Counted from the first letter of the stretch, positions 7,927 through 16,980 are shown. The stretch is DNA of 64,000 bases from an uncultured Gemmatimonadota bacterium (GCA_951812955.1 OX638340.1:1504001-1568000); one strand, 5' to 3'. Made by a program: numbers and translations. Notes: generated by a model not told the origin, from the letters alone.

Positions 7927-10632
7927 CTACAGATCTTCCGGATCCAATACTTCAGGCGTCGCCAGGCCCCGGTCGGCCAGCTGCGACTCGATGGAGGAAC
8001 GGTCTCCCACGAGCAGGTAGCCCGCGCGCCGCACGTCGAGGTATTTGCTGGCGGCGGACCGTACCTCCTCCAGCGTGACGGACTGCAGGTTCTCCACCGC
8101 GTCCCGCAGGTCCGTCATGGGCCGTCCCGAGCTCCACAACCCGCCGATGCTGCCCGCGATGCGCCTCAGGGATTCGAACCGCTGCGCGTATCCGCGGATA
8201 CGCGCGGTGCGCGCCTCCTCGAGTTCCTCCCAACTCACCGGCCTCCGGCCGCCCAATCCCTCCATTTCAGCCATCAGTTCCTGCACGACCTCGCCGGTCT
8301 TGTCCGCCTGGATAGACGTCTGTGCTTTCCAGTACCCGGAGACGCCAAGGAGACCCAGCGAGGTGGATACGCCGTACGTATACCCCTTTTCTTCCCTCAG
8401 GTTCAGGTTGAGGCGGGACTGGAATCCACCGCCCCAGATCGCGTCTACGAGCCGCAGGGCGTGGTAATCGGGCGTATCTCGGCTCGGCGCGTCGATGAAC
8501 TGGCAGACCACCGTCTGCGGTGCGCCGGGACGGTCCACCAGGCAGATCCGGTTCGTCTTGCGGCCTGGGGTAGGATCCGGGACGGCCTTTGCCGGACGGA
8601 CGTCGCCCTTCCACGAACCGAATCGCTGATCCGCCAGCTTCATCGCCTGGTCACGGGTGATGTCGCCCACGAACACCAGGGCGGACTGGTCCGGCCGCCA
8701 GTTTTCCTCATAGGACCTGGCGATTTCGTACCTGGACATTTCGGCTACAGAGGACGCATAGCCCTGCACGGGCCGGCCATAGGGATGATCGCCGCCGAAT
8801 ACGAGTCCGGGACAAAGCCGCTGTGCGAGGTACTGGGGGTGGGAGGCCTGTTGCGCGAGGTGATCCAGATGGCGGTGCCGTTCCCGTTCCAGTTCCTCTT
8901 CGGGGAACTGGGGATTGCGCGCGACGTCTGAGAAAAGAGCCATGGCCGACGGCAGCTTGTCGGTCAGCACGTCCAGCCCGAGCCGGGCCGATTCGAGGTA
9001 CATGGTCTTCCCGATGACCGTGCCCAGTCGACTCAGGGCCTCGTCGAGGTCCAGCGCACCGTGGCTTCGCGTTCCCTTGTCCATGATCTGCAGCATGAGT
9101 TGGGCCATCCCGCTTCGGTCGGGGGGATCATGCACGCCCCCGGACTTCACATTCAGTGAGACGGCTACCTTGGGCAGATCGTGCTGTTCGACGACCAACA
9201 CTGCAAGGTCGTTGTCCAGCCGGTCCTCGTGCACCTCCGGCGTCTGAAAGGGCGTGTCCGACCCGAGCGCCGGAACCCTCGACCGGTCGAGGGCGCCGCC
9301 GGCCGTCGTTGCCGGATCCGGGTCAGCCGACCGCGGTAGCGTATCGGGATGGTACCTGAGGGTCAGGCCGTGACGGGACACGAGCCATCGTTCGACCGCT
9401 TCGGCGATCTTCGACCCGGTCAGGTTCCGGAACCGTTCGTGTTCGACCTGGAAATAGCCCGGGTCGTTTTTGTAGATATTCGATTCGTTCAGCCGGTCCG
9501 CCTTGCCGCCGAAACCGCCGATGCGTTCCAGGCTCGAGACGTACTGGTATTCCCACACGGTGCACGCACGCTCCACCTCGTCCCGGGAAGGACCGCCGGC
9601 CGCCAGTTTCTCGATCTGCCCGGCAACCAGGCCTTCAACCTCCAGGACGTCGTGGTCCGGGCGGACGGTCGCGATGACGCCGAACAGGCCGGAGATCTCC
9701 CTGGCGTAGTTGAATACGCTGACCTCCGTGCACAACCTCAGGTCGTATACCAGCAGCTTCTCGAGCCGGGAGGACAGGCCGTCTCCCAGTACGGCCGCGG
9801 CCGCGTCGAGTGCCGTTTCGTCCGGATCGAACCGTTCAGGCGCTGGCCAGATCATGTGGACGCGGGCCTGGGGCACACGGTCCGTGACCTCCACGATTTT
9901 TCCTTCGGGCAGGGAAGGCACCCAGCGGCGCCGGCGCTCCAGGAGCGGACCCGGTTCGAGCCCGCCGTAGAAGTGGTCCACGCGGTCCCTGGCTAAGGCT
10001 TCGTCGAAGTCACCGGCGATGACCAACGAGAGGTTGTTCGGCGTGTAGTAAGTGCGGAAGAACTCGGCCACATCGTCCACCGTGGCCGCTTCCAGGTCCT
10101 CGTGCCTGCCGATGACGGGCCAGGAATAGGGATGCCCGGCGGGGTAGAGGTGCTCGTTTACCAGTTCGTACCAGCGGCCGTAGGGCTGGTTCTCCGTAGT
10201 CTGCCGGCGCTCGTTGCGCACGACCTCGCGCTGGTTCTCGAAGTTCTCCCGTGTGAGCGCGTCCGCCAACGTGGCGATGCGGTCCGATTCAAGCCAGAGC
10301 ACGTATTCGAGATTGCCCGAGGGCACGGTCGCGAAGTAGTTGGTCCGGTCGTTGCTCGTGGTACCGTTGACGCCGCCCTCCCGCAGGTTGCCCCCCGCCT
10401 GTTCGATGTACTTGAAATACCCTTCCGGCGCGTGCTCCGACCCTTCGAACATCAGGTGCTCGAAGAGGTGGGCAAACCCGGTCCGGCCGGGCTGCTCCAC
10501 CTTGGAGCCCACGTGGAACCAATGGTTTACGTGCACCACGGGGAGCTTGCGGTCCACGTGCAGGATGACCTGCAAACCATTCGGCAGGGTGTATTTCTCG
10601 AAGGTTACGCGCGGCAGGTCTTTCTGAGCCAT
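7927..10632 (-). CDS. M16 family zinc metallopeptidase (insulinase/pitrilysin-like), two tandem M16 units
   Basis: The inverted zincin motif HLFEHLMFEG (HxxEH) is near the N-terminus. The 901-aa length and repeated M16 active/inactive domain pattern fit the family. Confidence 0.9.
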   Translation of the reverse strand: MAQKDLPRVTFEKYTLPNGLQVILHVDRKLPVVHVNHWFHVGSKVEQPGRTGFAHLFEHLMFEGSEHAPEGYFKYIEQAGGNLREGGVNGTTSNDRTNYFATVPSGNLEYVLWLESDRIATLADALTRENFENQREVVRNERRQTTENQPYGRWYELVNEHLYPAGHPYSWPVIGRHEDLEAATVDDVAEFFRTYYTPNNLSLVIAGDFDEALARDRVDHFYGGLEPGPLLERRRRWVPSLPEGKIVEVTDRVPQARVHMIWPAPERFDPDETALDAAAAVLGDGLSSRLEKLLVYDLRLCTEVSVFNYAREISGLFGVIATVRPDHDVLEVEGLVAGQIEKLAAGGPSRDEVERACTVWEYQYVSSLERIGGFGGKADRLNESNIYKNDPGYFQVEHERFRNLTGSKIAEAVERWLVSRHGLTLRYHPDTLPRSADPDPATTAGGALDRSRVPALGSDTPFQTPEVHEDRLDNDLAVLVVEQHDLPKVAVSLNVKSGGVHDPPDRSGMAQLMLQIMDKGTRSHGALDLDEALSRLGTVIGKTMYLESARLGLDVLTDKLPSAMALFSDVARNPQFPEEELERERHRHLDHLAQQASHPQYLAQRLCPGLVFGGDHPYGRPVQGYASSVAEMSRYEIARSYEENWRPDQSALVFVGDITRDQAMKLADQRFGSWKGDVRPAKAVPDPTPGRKTNRICLVDRPGAPQTVVCQFIDAPSRDTPDYHALRLVDAIWGGGFQSRLNLNLREEKGYTYGVSTSLGLLGVSGYWKAQTSIQADKTGEVVQELMAEMEGLGGRRPVSWEELEEARTARIRGYAQRFESLRRIAGSIGGLWSSGRPMTDLRDAVENLQSVTLEEVRSAASKYLDVRRAGYLLVGDRSSIESQLADRGLATPEVLDPEDL

Positions 10633-10800
10633 GGGTCATCCCGGCTAAAGAAACAGAGGAACAGATTGAGAAGTACCAGGGTGCGGTACCGCGACTGCCA
10701 TTCACGGATCGACGGGCGGCACGGACCCGGCGCTACCGGCTCCCGATGGCATCACGGATCTTTCCGTGCACTACGTGATAATTCGGTACGAAGTGCGAGG

Positions 10801-11865
10801 TCACACCGGTTCGACCCGACCCGACTTCGCCGAACGGTAAGCAGCGTCGAGCATCATGACGGAACGCATGGCCGCGTAACCGGGCGTGTAGTTCTCCACG
10901 GCGCGTCCGAGCACAAGGTCCGCGAAGTTCTCCGGCGGCCCCTCGCAGCTGTAGGCGCCGGCATCGGAGGCCACGTCGTGTACATGGTCCTGTCCGTCGT
11001 GCCGGTGGATCGCGAGTCGGGCGCGCTCGACGTCGAGCAGCAACATGCCCTCCGAACCGAAGATTCGGATGTCGAGCTGGAACGTCTGTCCCTCCGGGAT
11101 GTCCCCCGACCCCGAAAGCGCTCCGATCACGCCGTCCTCGAAGCGGACCGTCAAGGCGTCGTACATCTCCACCCTGGATGCCGCCTCGGCCATCATGGCG
11201 AAGACCTCGCGTGGCACCAGTCCCGTGAGCCAGGACATGAGGCCCAGGCTGTGGGACATCTGAGCGTGGCCGTAGCCGCCTTCGGCCACCACGGGATCGG
11301 CCCACGTGGCCGGGTCGGGGGCGAAGAGTCCGCCGCCGTTGGCTTCGTGGTCGAAATCCAGGCCCTGGAGCAGGCCCCGGATGGGCGAGGCCATGTGGCA
11401 GAGCACGGATTCAATCTTCCCAACGGCCCCGGCGTCGAGACGCCGCCTGGCCTCCTGTATGTACGGCTTGTGGTGCCATCCGTATGGAACGAGCAGGTGA
11501 AGCCCCTTCGCATCCGCCTGCCGGACCAGTTCCCTGGCATGGGCGCTCCTCGTGCACATGGGTTTTTCTACCATGACGTGCAGACCGCGTTCCAGCGCCG
11601 CGCTGGCGTGTTCGAAGTGCAGCGTATGGGGACTGGAAACCACCACGCCGTCCAGCTCGACATCGTCCAGCAACCTGCGGTAGTCTTCCGTGCCGTAGGG
11701 CACGCCGAAAGCATCCTGGACCTGGCGCAGTTCGTCCTTTCCAAGCCGGCAGACGGCCGCCAGTTCCACGTCTCCCGCCTCGTCGGCCCGTTTCCTGAGC
11801 ACAGGCAGGTGATTGGCCGTCGCCCACCACCCGGTGCCTATGAATCCTATGCGTGCCTTCTCCAT
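10801..11865 (-). CDS. Gfo/Idh/MocA family NAD(P)-dependent oxidoreductase
   Basis: The N-terminal Rossmann motif is RIGFIGTGWWATANHLP. The overall pattern and 354-aa length are typical. An RBS AAGGA lies upstream. Confidence 0.85.
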   Translation of the reverse strand: MEKARIGFIGTGWWATANHLPVLRKRADEAGDVELAAVCRLGKDELRQVQDAFGVPYGTEDYRRLLDDVELDGVVVSSPHTLHFEHASAALERGLHVMVEKPMCTRSAHARELVRQADAKGLHLLVPYGWHHKPYIQEARRRLDAGAVGKIESVLCHMASPIRGLLQGLDFDHEANGGGLFAPDPATWADPVVAEGGYGHAQMSHSLGLMSWLTGLVPREVFAMMAEAASRVEMYDALTVRFEDGVIGALSGSGDIPEGQTFQLDIRIFGSEGMLLLDVERARLAIHRHDGQDHVHDVASDAGAYSCEGPPENFADLVLGRAVENYTPGYAAMRSVMMLDAAYRSAKSGRVEPV

Positions 11866-11898
11866 GACAGATTCCTTGTGGTTTTCAGGTCGTGGCGC

Positions 11899-12528
11899 TT
11901 ATGACCGTGTTCCGCGAAAAACGCCGCCCGTCGTGGCGTCCACGATCCAGACTTCGTTCTGCCATAGCGTGAACCCGTGCGGTTCCGGGCCCTCCACGTC
12001 CAGCCGGTCCAGCTGTTCGCCCGTATCGGGGTCGTACAGAAATATCGCCCGGTGATTGGTCTCCACGCACCAGAGCCGGCCGTTTTCCCATGCAATGCCG
12101 TGGGGCCGGTCTCCGGGCGCGGGGAAAGACTGCAGCACGGTCCACTTGTCGGGATCCATGCGGTATATCGTGGCGTCAGGAGGCGACGACATCCACAGTT
12201 CACCGTCGCGCCATTCCAGGCCGTGCGCGCCGGTCTCCTTCGCGCCCGGCGTGGGGAGGCGTTCCAGCGTCCTTCCGGAGTCGGGATCGACCTTCAGCGT
12301 CTCGCAGCTGTAGGTGGACGACACCCAGAGGTGGATGCCGCTGTGGGTTATCCCGCTGCCCCGGTCGGAGTCGGAGTCGAAGATCCTGCGCGTCCCGCCG
12401 TCCCGGTAATCGTGACAACTGATCCGGTTGTCGCCCTGGTCCAGAATCCAGAGGCCTTCGGTCGTGGCCTGCAGCCCGTTGGGATGGGGGCCGGGCGCGT
12501 CGAAGACATGGCTGAGCTTGAGTTTCAT
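11899..12528 (-). CDS. Beta-propeller repeat protein (YVTN/NHL/glutamine-cyclotransferase-like repeats), function unknown
   Basis: Repeated blades occur of the form HGLEWRDGELW / HGIAWENGRLW / HGFTLWQNEVW / EGLWILDQG. The protein is 209 aa with no signal peptide. Confidence 0.55.
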   Translation of the reverse strand: MKLKLSHVFDAPGPHPNGLQATTEGLWILDQGDNRISCHDYRDGGTRRIFDSDSDRGSGITHSGIHLWVSSTYSCETLKVDPDSGRTLERLPTPGAKETGAHGLEWRDGELWMSSPPDATIYRMDPDKWTVLQSFPAPGDRPHGIAWENGRLWCVETNHRAIFLYDPDTGEQLDRLDVEGPEPHGFTLWQNEVWIVDATTGGVFRGTRS

Positions 12529-12649
12529 ACAACAGCCTTTCCGCTATCTAGCAAAGGGGTAGGATACCCATCCAAAATGCAACCGGTCCACGTGCCCTGT
12601 CAAGATACAAAGGAGGGGATTTTAAAGGGAATCCGCACAAGGCCATCGG

Positions 12650-12790
12650 GAGCCGGGATCTGGACCTGAACCGAAGGTAGGACCGAATGCGGGACCGGGG
12701 CTGGACCGGGATCAGGACCGGGATCGAAGGCGGGGATCGGGACCGAGCGGGGATCGGATCGGAGACCGGGAGGGGACCGGATGCGGTAAC
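12650..12790. repeat. Low-complexity degenerate GGGACCGG / GGGATCGG repeat tract in the intergenic region
   Basis: Directly visible: …ggacctgaaccgaagg taggaccgaatgc gggaccggggct ggaccgggatca ggaccgggatcg aaggcggggatc gggaccgagc ggggatcggatc ggagaccgggag gggaccggatgcgg. Confidence 0.6.
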
Positions 12791-12810
12791 CAGGGTCTGA
12801 TCGAAATGTA

Positions 12811-12846
12811 TTGACGCTGGATTGAAATATCTATATTTTTAGAAAT
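12811..12846 (+). promoter_or_regulatory. AT-rich promoter/operator region of arsR (TTGACG -35, TATATT -10); arsR mRNA is probably leaderless
   Basis: TTGACG is at 12811-12816. The AT-rich element atatctatatttttagaaat contains a TCTA…TAGA dyad. The ATG at 12847 has no Shine-Dalgarno sequence and lies ~8 nt after the putative -10. Confidence 0.35.
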
Positions 12847-13161
12847 ATGGAAATAATCAACACGATACTTGCCGCCACGGACCTCGAAGCCGAACAGAAA
12901 CACGCGTCGGCCTTCAAGGCACTGAGCCACAAGACTCGCCTGGCCATCTTCTACCACCTCGTCAGGAAAGGTGAAGCGGGAGATACCGTCGGCAACTTGC
13001 AGGAAGCGATCGACGTGCCGTGGGCGACCCTGTCCCACCACCTGGACGTCTTGCGCCGCGCCGATCTGCTGGCGTCACGGCGGGAAGAGCGGTACATCTA
13101 CTACCGTGTGCGGCCCGAACGGGTAAGCGACCTGGTCCGCCTGCTTACCGCCTGCTGTTGA
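12847..13161 (+). CDS. arsR: ArsR/SmtB family metalloregulatory transcriptional repressor
   Basis: The winged-HTH region is KALSHKTRLAIFYHLVRKGEAGDTVGNLQEAIDVPWATLSHHLDVLRRADLLASRREERYIYYRV. The length is 104 aa. A C-terminal CC pair is present. The gene symbol is a family-level guess. Confidence 0.8.
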   Translation: MEIINTILAATDLEAEQKHASAFKALSHKTRLAIFYHLVRKGEAGDTVGNLQEAIDVPWATLSHHLDVLRRADLLASRREERYIYYRVRPERVSDLVRLLTACC

Positions 13162-13240
13162 GAAACGGACCCATGCGGACGCGACCGGAGCTATCGTAAG
13201 CGCGCGGCCGCCGACACCCAGCCTATTTAAGGAGAAATCC

Positions 13241-13723
13241 ATGTCAGACTACCCCAAGATCCACCTGTCGTTTCCCGTCCGCGACCTGGAACGGAGCGTC
13301 GCGTTCTATGAGAAGTTCTTCGGCGAGGAGCCCGTGAAGACCAGGCCGAGGTACGTAAAGTTCCTTCCTTCCATCGCCCCTTTGAACCTGGCCCTGTATT
13401 CGGATGGGACTGCCGCGGGCGACGCGGCGAACCATTTCGGCATCGAGGTCCGGGACCACGAAACGGTCCTGCGGCATCTGCAGCGGATCAGGGGATCGGG
13501 ACTGGAGACCAGGGAAGAGATGGACGTCGACTGTTGTCACGCCAACCAGGACAAGTTCTGGGTGCAGGATCCGGAAGGCCGCGAATGGGAGATCTACGTG
13601 CTGAACAGGGACCTGGATGAACCGGGTGGAAGGGAAGAAGAAGCCTGCTGCGCGGACCTTGAATCCGGCGACCCTTCCGAGCAGGCGCGTTCGTCCGTCA
13701 CGACGACGTGCTGCGGCGGATAA
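13241..13723 (+). CDS. VOC (glyoxalase/bleomycin-resistance/extradiol dioxygenase) family protein, ArsI/CadI-like, with a vicinal Cys pair and a Cys-rich C-terminal tail
   Basis: The VOC fold pattern shows (PKIHLSFPVRDLERSVAFYEKFFG…HFGIEV…). A vicinal pair (DVDCCHANQDKFW) sits at the position where ArsI C-As lyases bind As(III). The tail EEACCADLESGDP…TTTCCGG follows. The gene is immediately downstream of arsR and has an RBS AAGGAG. Confidence 0.6.
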   Translation: MSDYPKIHLSFPVRDLERSVAFYEKFFGEEPVKTRPRYVKFLPSIAPLNLALYSDGTAAGDAANHFGIEVRDHETVLRHLQRIRGSGLETREEMDVDCCHANQDKFWVQDPEGREWEIYVLNRDLDEPGGREEEACCADLESGDPSEQARSSVTTTCCGG

Positions 13724-13782
13724 ACGCGATCCGGCCAGGTTTCATAACAAGCCGGAAGAAGAACTAGAAACAGGAGCAAACC

Positions 13783-14901
13783 ATGAAACCAGACACGCTG
13801 CTGGTCCACGCGGGAGGCGGCCTGGAACCCGACTCGGGCGCCGTCGCGCCTTCCATACACCTCTCGACCACCTTCGAACACACGCCGGAGGGCGAAGCGA
13901 CGCACGACCATGTCTATATCCGGATGGGCAACCCGACCCAGGACCGGCTGGAGGAGGCTTTGGCGGTCATCGAGGATGGCGGGAAATCGCTGGTCTATGC
14001 GTCGGGCATGGCGGCGGTAACGGGCTGCATGCAGGTGCTCCCTCCGGGCGCCCACGTCCTGATGCACAAAGACGTGTACAGCGTTACCCGCGCGATCGGG
14101 AAGGAACTCCTGCCGAACTGGAACATCGAGGTAAGTGAAGTGGACATGACCGACCTCGACGCGATCCGGCGCGCCACGCGGCCCAATACGGAGATGCTCT
14201 GGGCGGAGACCCCTTCGAATCCGGCCATGGACGTCATCGACATCGGCGCGGTGGCCGATATCGCACACGGCGCCGGCGCCCTGCTTGCCGTAGACAACAC
14301 CTTCGCCACTCCGGTGGTTCAGCGGCCCCTTCAGCACGGCGCCGATATCGCCATGCATTCCATGACCAAGTACCTGGGCGGGCATAGCGACGTGCAGGGC
14401 GGCGCCCTCGTGTTTCGGGAAGACGGAGACCGGGTCGAACGGGCGCGGCGCGTGCGGACGATCACAGGCGGAGTGCTCTCGCCATTCAACGCATGGCTGG
14501 TCCTGCGCGGACTGCGCTCCCTCGGTTGCCGCATGGCGCGCCACGTCGCCAACGCGGAGGCCATTGCCGCGGCGCTCGCCGGTCATCCGGGGATCGAGGG
14601 CGTCGACTATCCCGGCCTGCCCGAACATCCGGGACACGCCGTCGCGTCGCGTCAGATGGATGGGTACGGCGGCATGCTTTCCTTGCGGATAAAGGGCACG
14701 CGGGAAGACGCGCTACGGGTCGTAAGCCGGGTCAGGCTGATGCGAAACGCCACGAGCCTGGGTGGGGTCGAAAGCCTGATCGAACACCGGCAGTCCATCG
14801 AGGGACCCGGATCGGTTACGGCGCCCAACCTCCTCCGGCTGTCCACCGGTCTGGAAGCTGCCGAGGATCTAATCGACGATCTGGTACAGGCGCTGGAATG
14901 A
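13783..14901 (+). CDS. Cys/Met-metabolism PLP-dependent enzyme (cystathionine gamma-synthase/gamma-lyase/beta-lyase family)
   Basis: The PLP-lysine motif is SMTKYLGGHSD. The family N-terminus is MKPDTLLVHAGG. The length is 372 aa, and an RBS AGGAG lies upstream. Confidence 0.85.
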   Translation: MKPDTLLVHAGGGLEPDSGAVAPSIHLSTTFEHTPEGEATHDHVYIRMGNPTQDRLEEALAVIEDGGKSLVYASGMAAVTGCMQVLPPGAHVLMHKDVYSVTRAIGKELLPNWNIEVSEVDMTDLDAIRRATRPNTEMLWAETPSNPAMDVIDIGAVADIAHGAGALLAVDNTFATPVVQRPLQHGADIAMHSMTKYLGGHSDVQGGALVFREDGDRVERARRVRTITGGVLSPFNAWLVLRGLRSLGCRMARHVANAEAIAAALAGHPGIEGVDYPGLPEHPGHAVASRQMDGYGGMLSLRIKGTREDALRVVSRVRLMRNATSLGGVESLIEHRQSIEGPGSVTAPNLLRLSTGLEAAEDLIDDLVQALE

Positions 14902-14935
14902 GGTTGCGGTTCGCTGAACCAACGGAACGGCGGGG

Positions 14936-15244
14936 CTACTCGTCAGGCTGGCAGCTTCCGCACGGGGCGTATTCCTCCACCGCCTTGTCGATGGCGATGG
15001 CCTTGGTATTGCCGTTCAGGAAGCGGCAGTCGGACCGGTGGTACTTCGATCCCCCATCGGTGACGTAGACGATAGGTATGTCGGTATCCCGCTCGGAATT
15101 CGAGGGCCAGAACCTGTTGTTGACGGTCAGTTCGATACCCTTGTCGAGCAGTTCTTCCACCATCGCCCGGATCAGTCTGCGTTTCCGCCAGGTGAGGGCA
15201 GTGAGCGCCGCCGTGGTGGCGACGGCAATAATCAGTCTTAGCAT
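14936..15244 (-). CDS. Small exported/membrane-anchored protein with a YH-x3-C … C-x2-C putative zinc-ribbon motif
   Basis: The N-terminus MLRLIIAVATTAALTALTWRKRR is hydrophobic. The C-terminal motif is GSKYHRSDCRFLNGNTKAIAIDKAVEEYAPCGSCQP. The protein is 102 aa. Confidence 0.45.
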   Translation of the reverse strand: MLRLIIAVATTAALTALTWRKRRLIRAMVEELLDKGIELTVNNRFWPSNSERDTDIPIVYVTDGGSKYHRSDCRFLNGNTKAIAIDKAVEEYAPCGSCQPDE

Positions 15245-15449
15245 GATTTCCCTTTTTCCTTATTCCTGATATGTCGTTTGACTTCGAGAACGGACCAATC
15301 AACGAACTGCATCGCCAGCGAGCCGGAATAGCCAACGTAGGGCGCCTGGTTCGCCGGGTTGCGGATAACAATCTCAATATAACGAACACGACCCTCGCAG
15401 ACAAGCGGGGAATATACCGGGCAGGCGCGATTCCGCCGTCTCCGGAGCC

Positions 15450-15478
15450 TTGACAGGGCGTCGCCCGCTCCATATTAT
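15450..15478 (+). promoter_or_regulatory. Near-consensus sigma70-like promoter (TTGACA, 17 nt, TATTAT) upstream of the Gfo/Idh/MocA gene
   Basis: TTGACA at 15450-15455, a 17-nt GC-rich spacer, and TATTAT at 15473-15478, about 83 nt upstream of the ATG at 15561. Confidence 0.45.
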
Positions 15479-15560
15479 AAGTCGTTCTGATTTACCCGTT
15501 TATGTACGTCGTTCTTCAGGTTTCAACTTAAGCCGGATACTAAGACACATTGGAGCGATC

Positions 15561-16829
15561 ATGTCAAAGATCAGACTGGGATTGGTGGGCTGCGGCGGCA
15601 TGGGCCACCGGCACCTCTACGGCCTGGCGGAACTGCACCGCACCGGGCTTTGCCGATTCGAACCCGTAGTCGCCTGCGACCCCAAAAAGGAGAACGCCGA
15701 ATCCCTCGCGGGTCACGTTGAAAACCTCTTCGGCATACGCCCCGCCGTCGTCGGCAGTCTCGACGAGGTGGACGCCGGAGACCTGCAGGCCGTCGACATC
15801 TGCACCGACCCGCGCCACCATCACACGGTGTGCGCCGATGCGGCGTCGCGGGGATGGGACGTGATGAGCGAAAAACCCATGGGGCTCACGGTGCGCGCCT
15901 GCCGCCTCATGCGCGAAGCCACGGACGGGGCCGGCCGTATCCTATCAGTGGCCGAGAACTACCGGCGCGATCCCGTCAACCGCCTGGGCAAGGCGCTGTT
16001 GGACGCGGGCGTGATCGGCACCCCACGCTACATGGTGCACAACACCGCGGGCGGCGAGAACAAGATGATGATCACCGTTTGGCGGCACCTGAAGAACGTG
16101 AGCGGCCTGCTCCTCGACGTGGGCGTCCACTTCGCCGACATCCTGGAGTATTTCATGGGGCCGGTGTCGGACATCTACGCCCAGACGCGGCTGCACGAAA
16201 AGATCCGGTACAACCAGATGGCGGGCAAGGACCCTGCGAAAGAGACCGGCAATTCGCCGGCCGGCGTGTACGAGCATTGGCAGGCCGAGATGCCGGCAGA
16301 ATTCGAAGTGACGGCCGAGGACGCGGCCTATGCGACCCTGACCTTCCAGAGCGGCGCCGTCTGCCAGTACCTGGAAGAACACGCGACATTCGGCAAGGGA
16401 TTCTGGCACCGGGGGATTTACGGTTCATCCGGTTCCATGGAACTGCCGGGGGACCGTTCAGGCCAGCCGCTGACCATAGTCCGCGACGGCGAGATCCTGA
16501 AGGGTGAAGGCCTGCTCGAACTCGTGCCGGACTTCTGCCTGGACGAGGCGACGGCCGCTCTCTTCGGGGGAGACCGACTCTGGAACTACGATTTTCCCTT
16601 CCCCGAGACGGACCGCAAGATCATCGCCATCGAGTACGCCGACTTCGCGCAAGCCATCGACGAAGGCCGACAGCCCGAGGTCGACGGCTACATGGGCATG
16701 CGTTCGGTCGCCGTCTCCTACGGCATCATGGAATCGGGCCAGGCGGGCAGGGCGGTCACCATGGACGAGATCATGGCGGACGACACCAATGGCTACCAGC
16801 AGGAAATCAACGACAGCCTGGGTATCTGA
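15561..16829 (+). CDS. Gfo/Idh/MocA family oxidoreductase
   Basis: The start is MSKIRLGLVGCGGMGHRHLYGL (GxGxxG Rossmann), with an RBS GGAG at ~15552. Track ORF 15450..16829 over-extends the N-terminus. The product is 422 aa. Confidence 0.85.
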   Translation: MSKIRLGLVGCGGMGHRHLYGLAELHRTGLCRFEPVVACDPKKENAESLAGHVENLFGIRPAVVGSLDEVDAGDLQAVDICTDPRHHHTVCADAASRGWDVMSEKPMGLTVRACRLMREATDGAGRILSVAENYRRDPVNRLGKALLDAGVIGTPRYMVHNTAGGENKMMITVWRHLKNVSGLLLDVGVHFADILEYFMGPVSDIYAQTRLHEKIRYNQMAGKDPAKETGNSPAGVYEHWQAEMPAEFEVTAEDAAYATLTFQSGAVCQYLEEHATFGKGFWHRGIYGSSGSMELPGDRSGQPLTIVRDGEILKGEGLLELVPDFCLDEATAALFGGDRLWNYDFPFPETDRKIIAIEYADFAQAIDEGRQPEVDGYMGMRSVAVSYGIMESGQAGRAVTMDEIMADDTNGYQQEINDSLGI

Positions 16830-16844
16830 TATTTGCGTTGAGAC

Positions 16845-16960
16845 AAGGTTGAGGTGCGGCAGGGCCGCCTGAGGCGCGGCAGAGCCGGCTGAGGCAAGGT
16901 TGAGGTGCGGCAGGGCCGGCGGAGGCGCGGTTGAGGTGCGGCAGGGCCGGCATTCCAGGC
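16845..16960. repeat. Intergenic tandem direct-repeat array (~20-bp unit TGAGG[T/C]GCGGCAG[G/A]GCCGGC, about 5 copies with short CAAGGT inserts)
   Basis: Directly visible: caaggttgaggtgcggcagggccgcc / tgaggcgcggcagagccggc / tgaggcaaggttgaggtgcggcagggccggcg / gaggcgcggttgaggtgcggcagggccggc. The array ends ~20 nt before the ATG at 16981. Confidence 0.7.
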
Positions 16961-16980
16961 GGTCACCGGGACGATCGATC

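Noticed and set aside
10102-11904. 600-aa plus-strand ORF antisense to the M16 peptidase and Gfo/Idh/MocA genes
   Set aside because: It is a shadow ORF. It spans two real genes plus their intergenic region and has no family signature.
13594-14637. 347-aa minus-strand ORF antisense to the Cys/Met PLP enzyme
   Set aside because: It is a shadow ORF. The sense-strand gene has a clear PLP-lysine motif.
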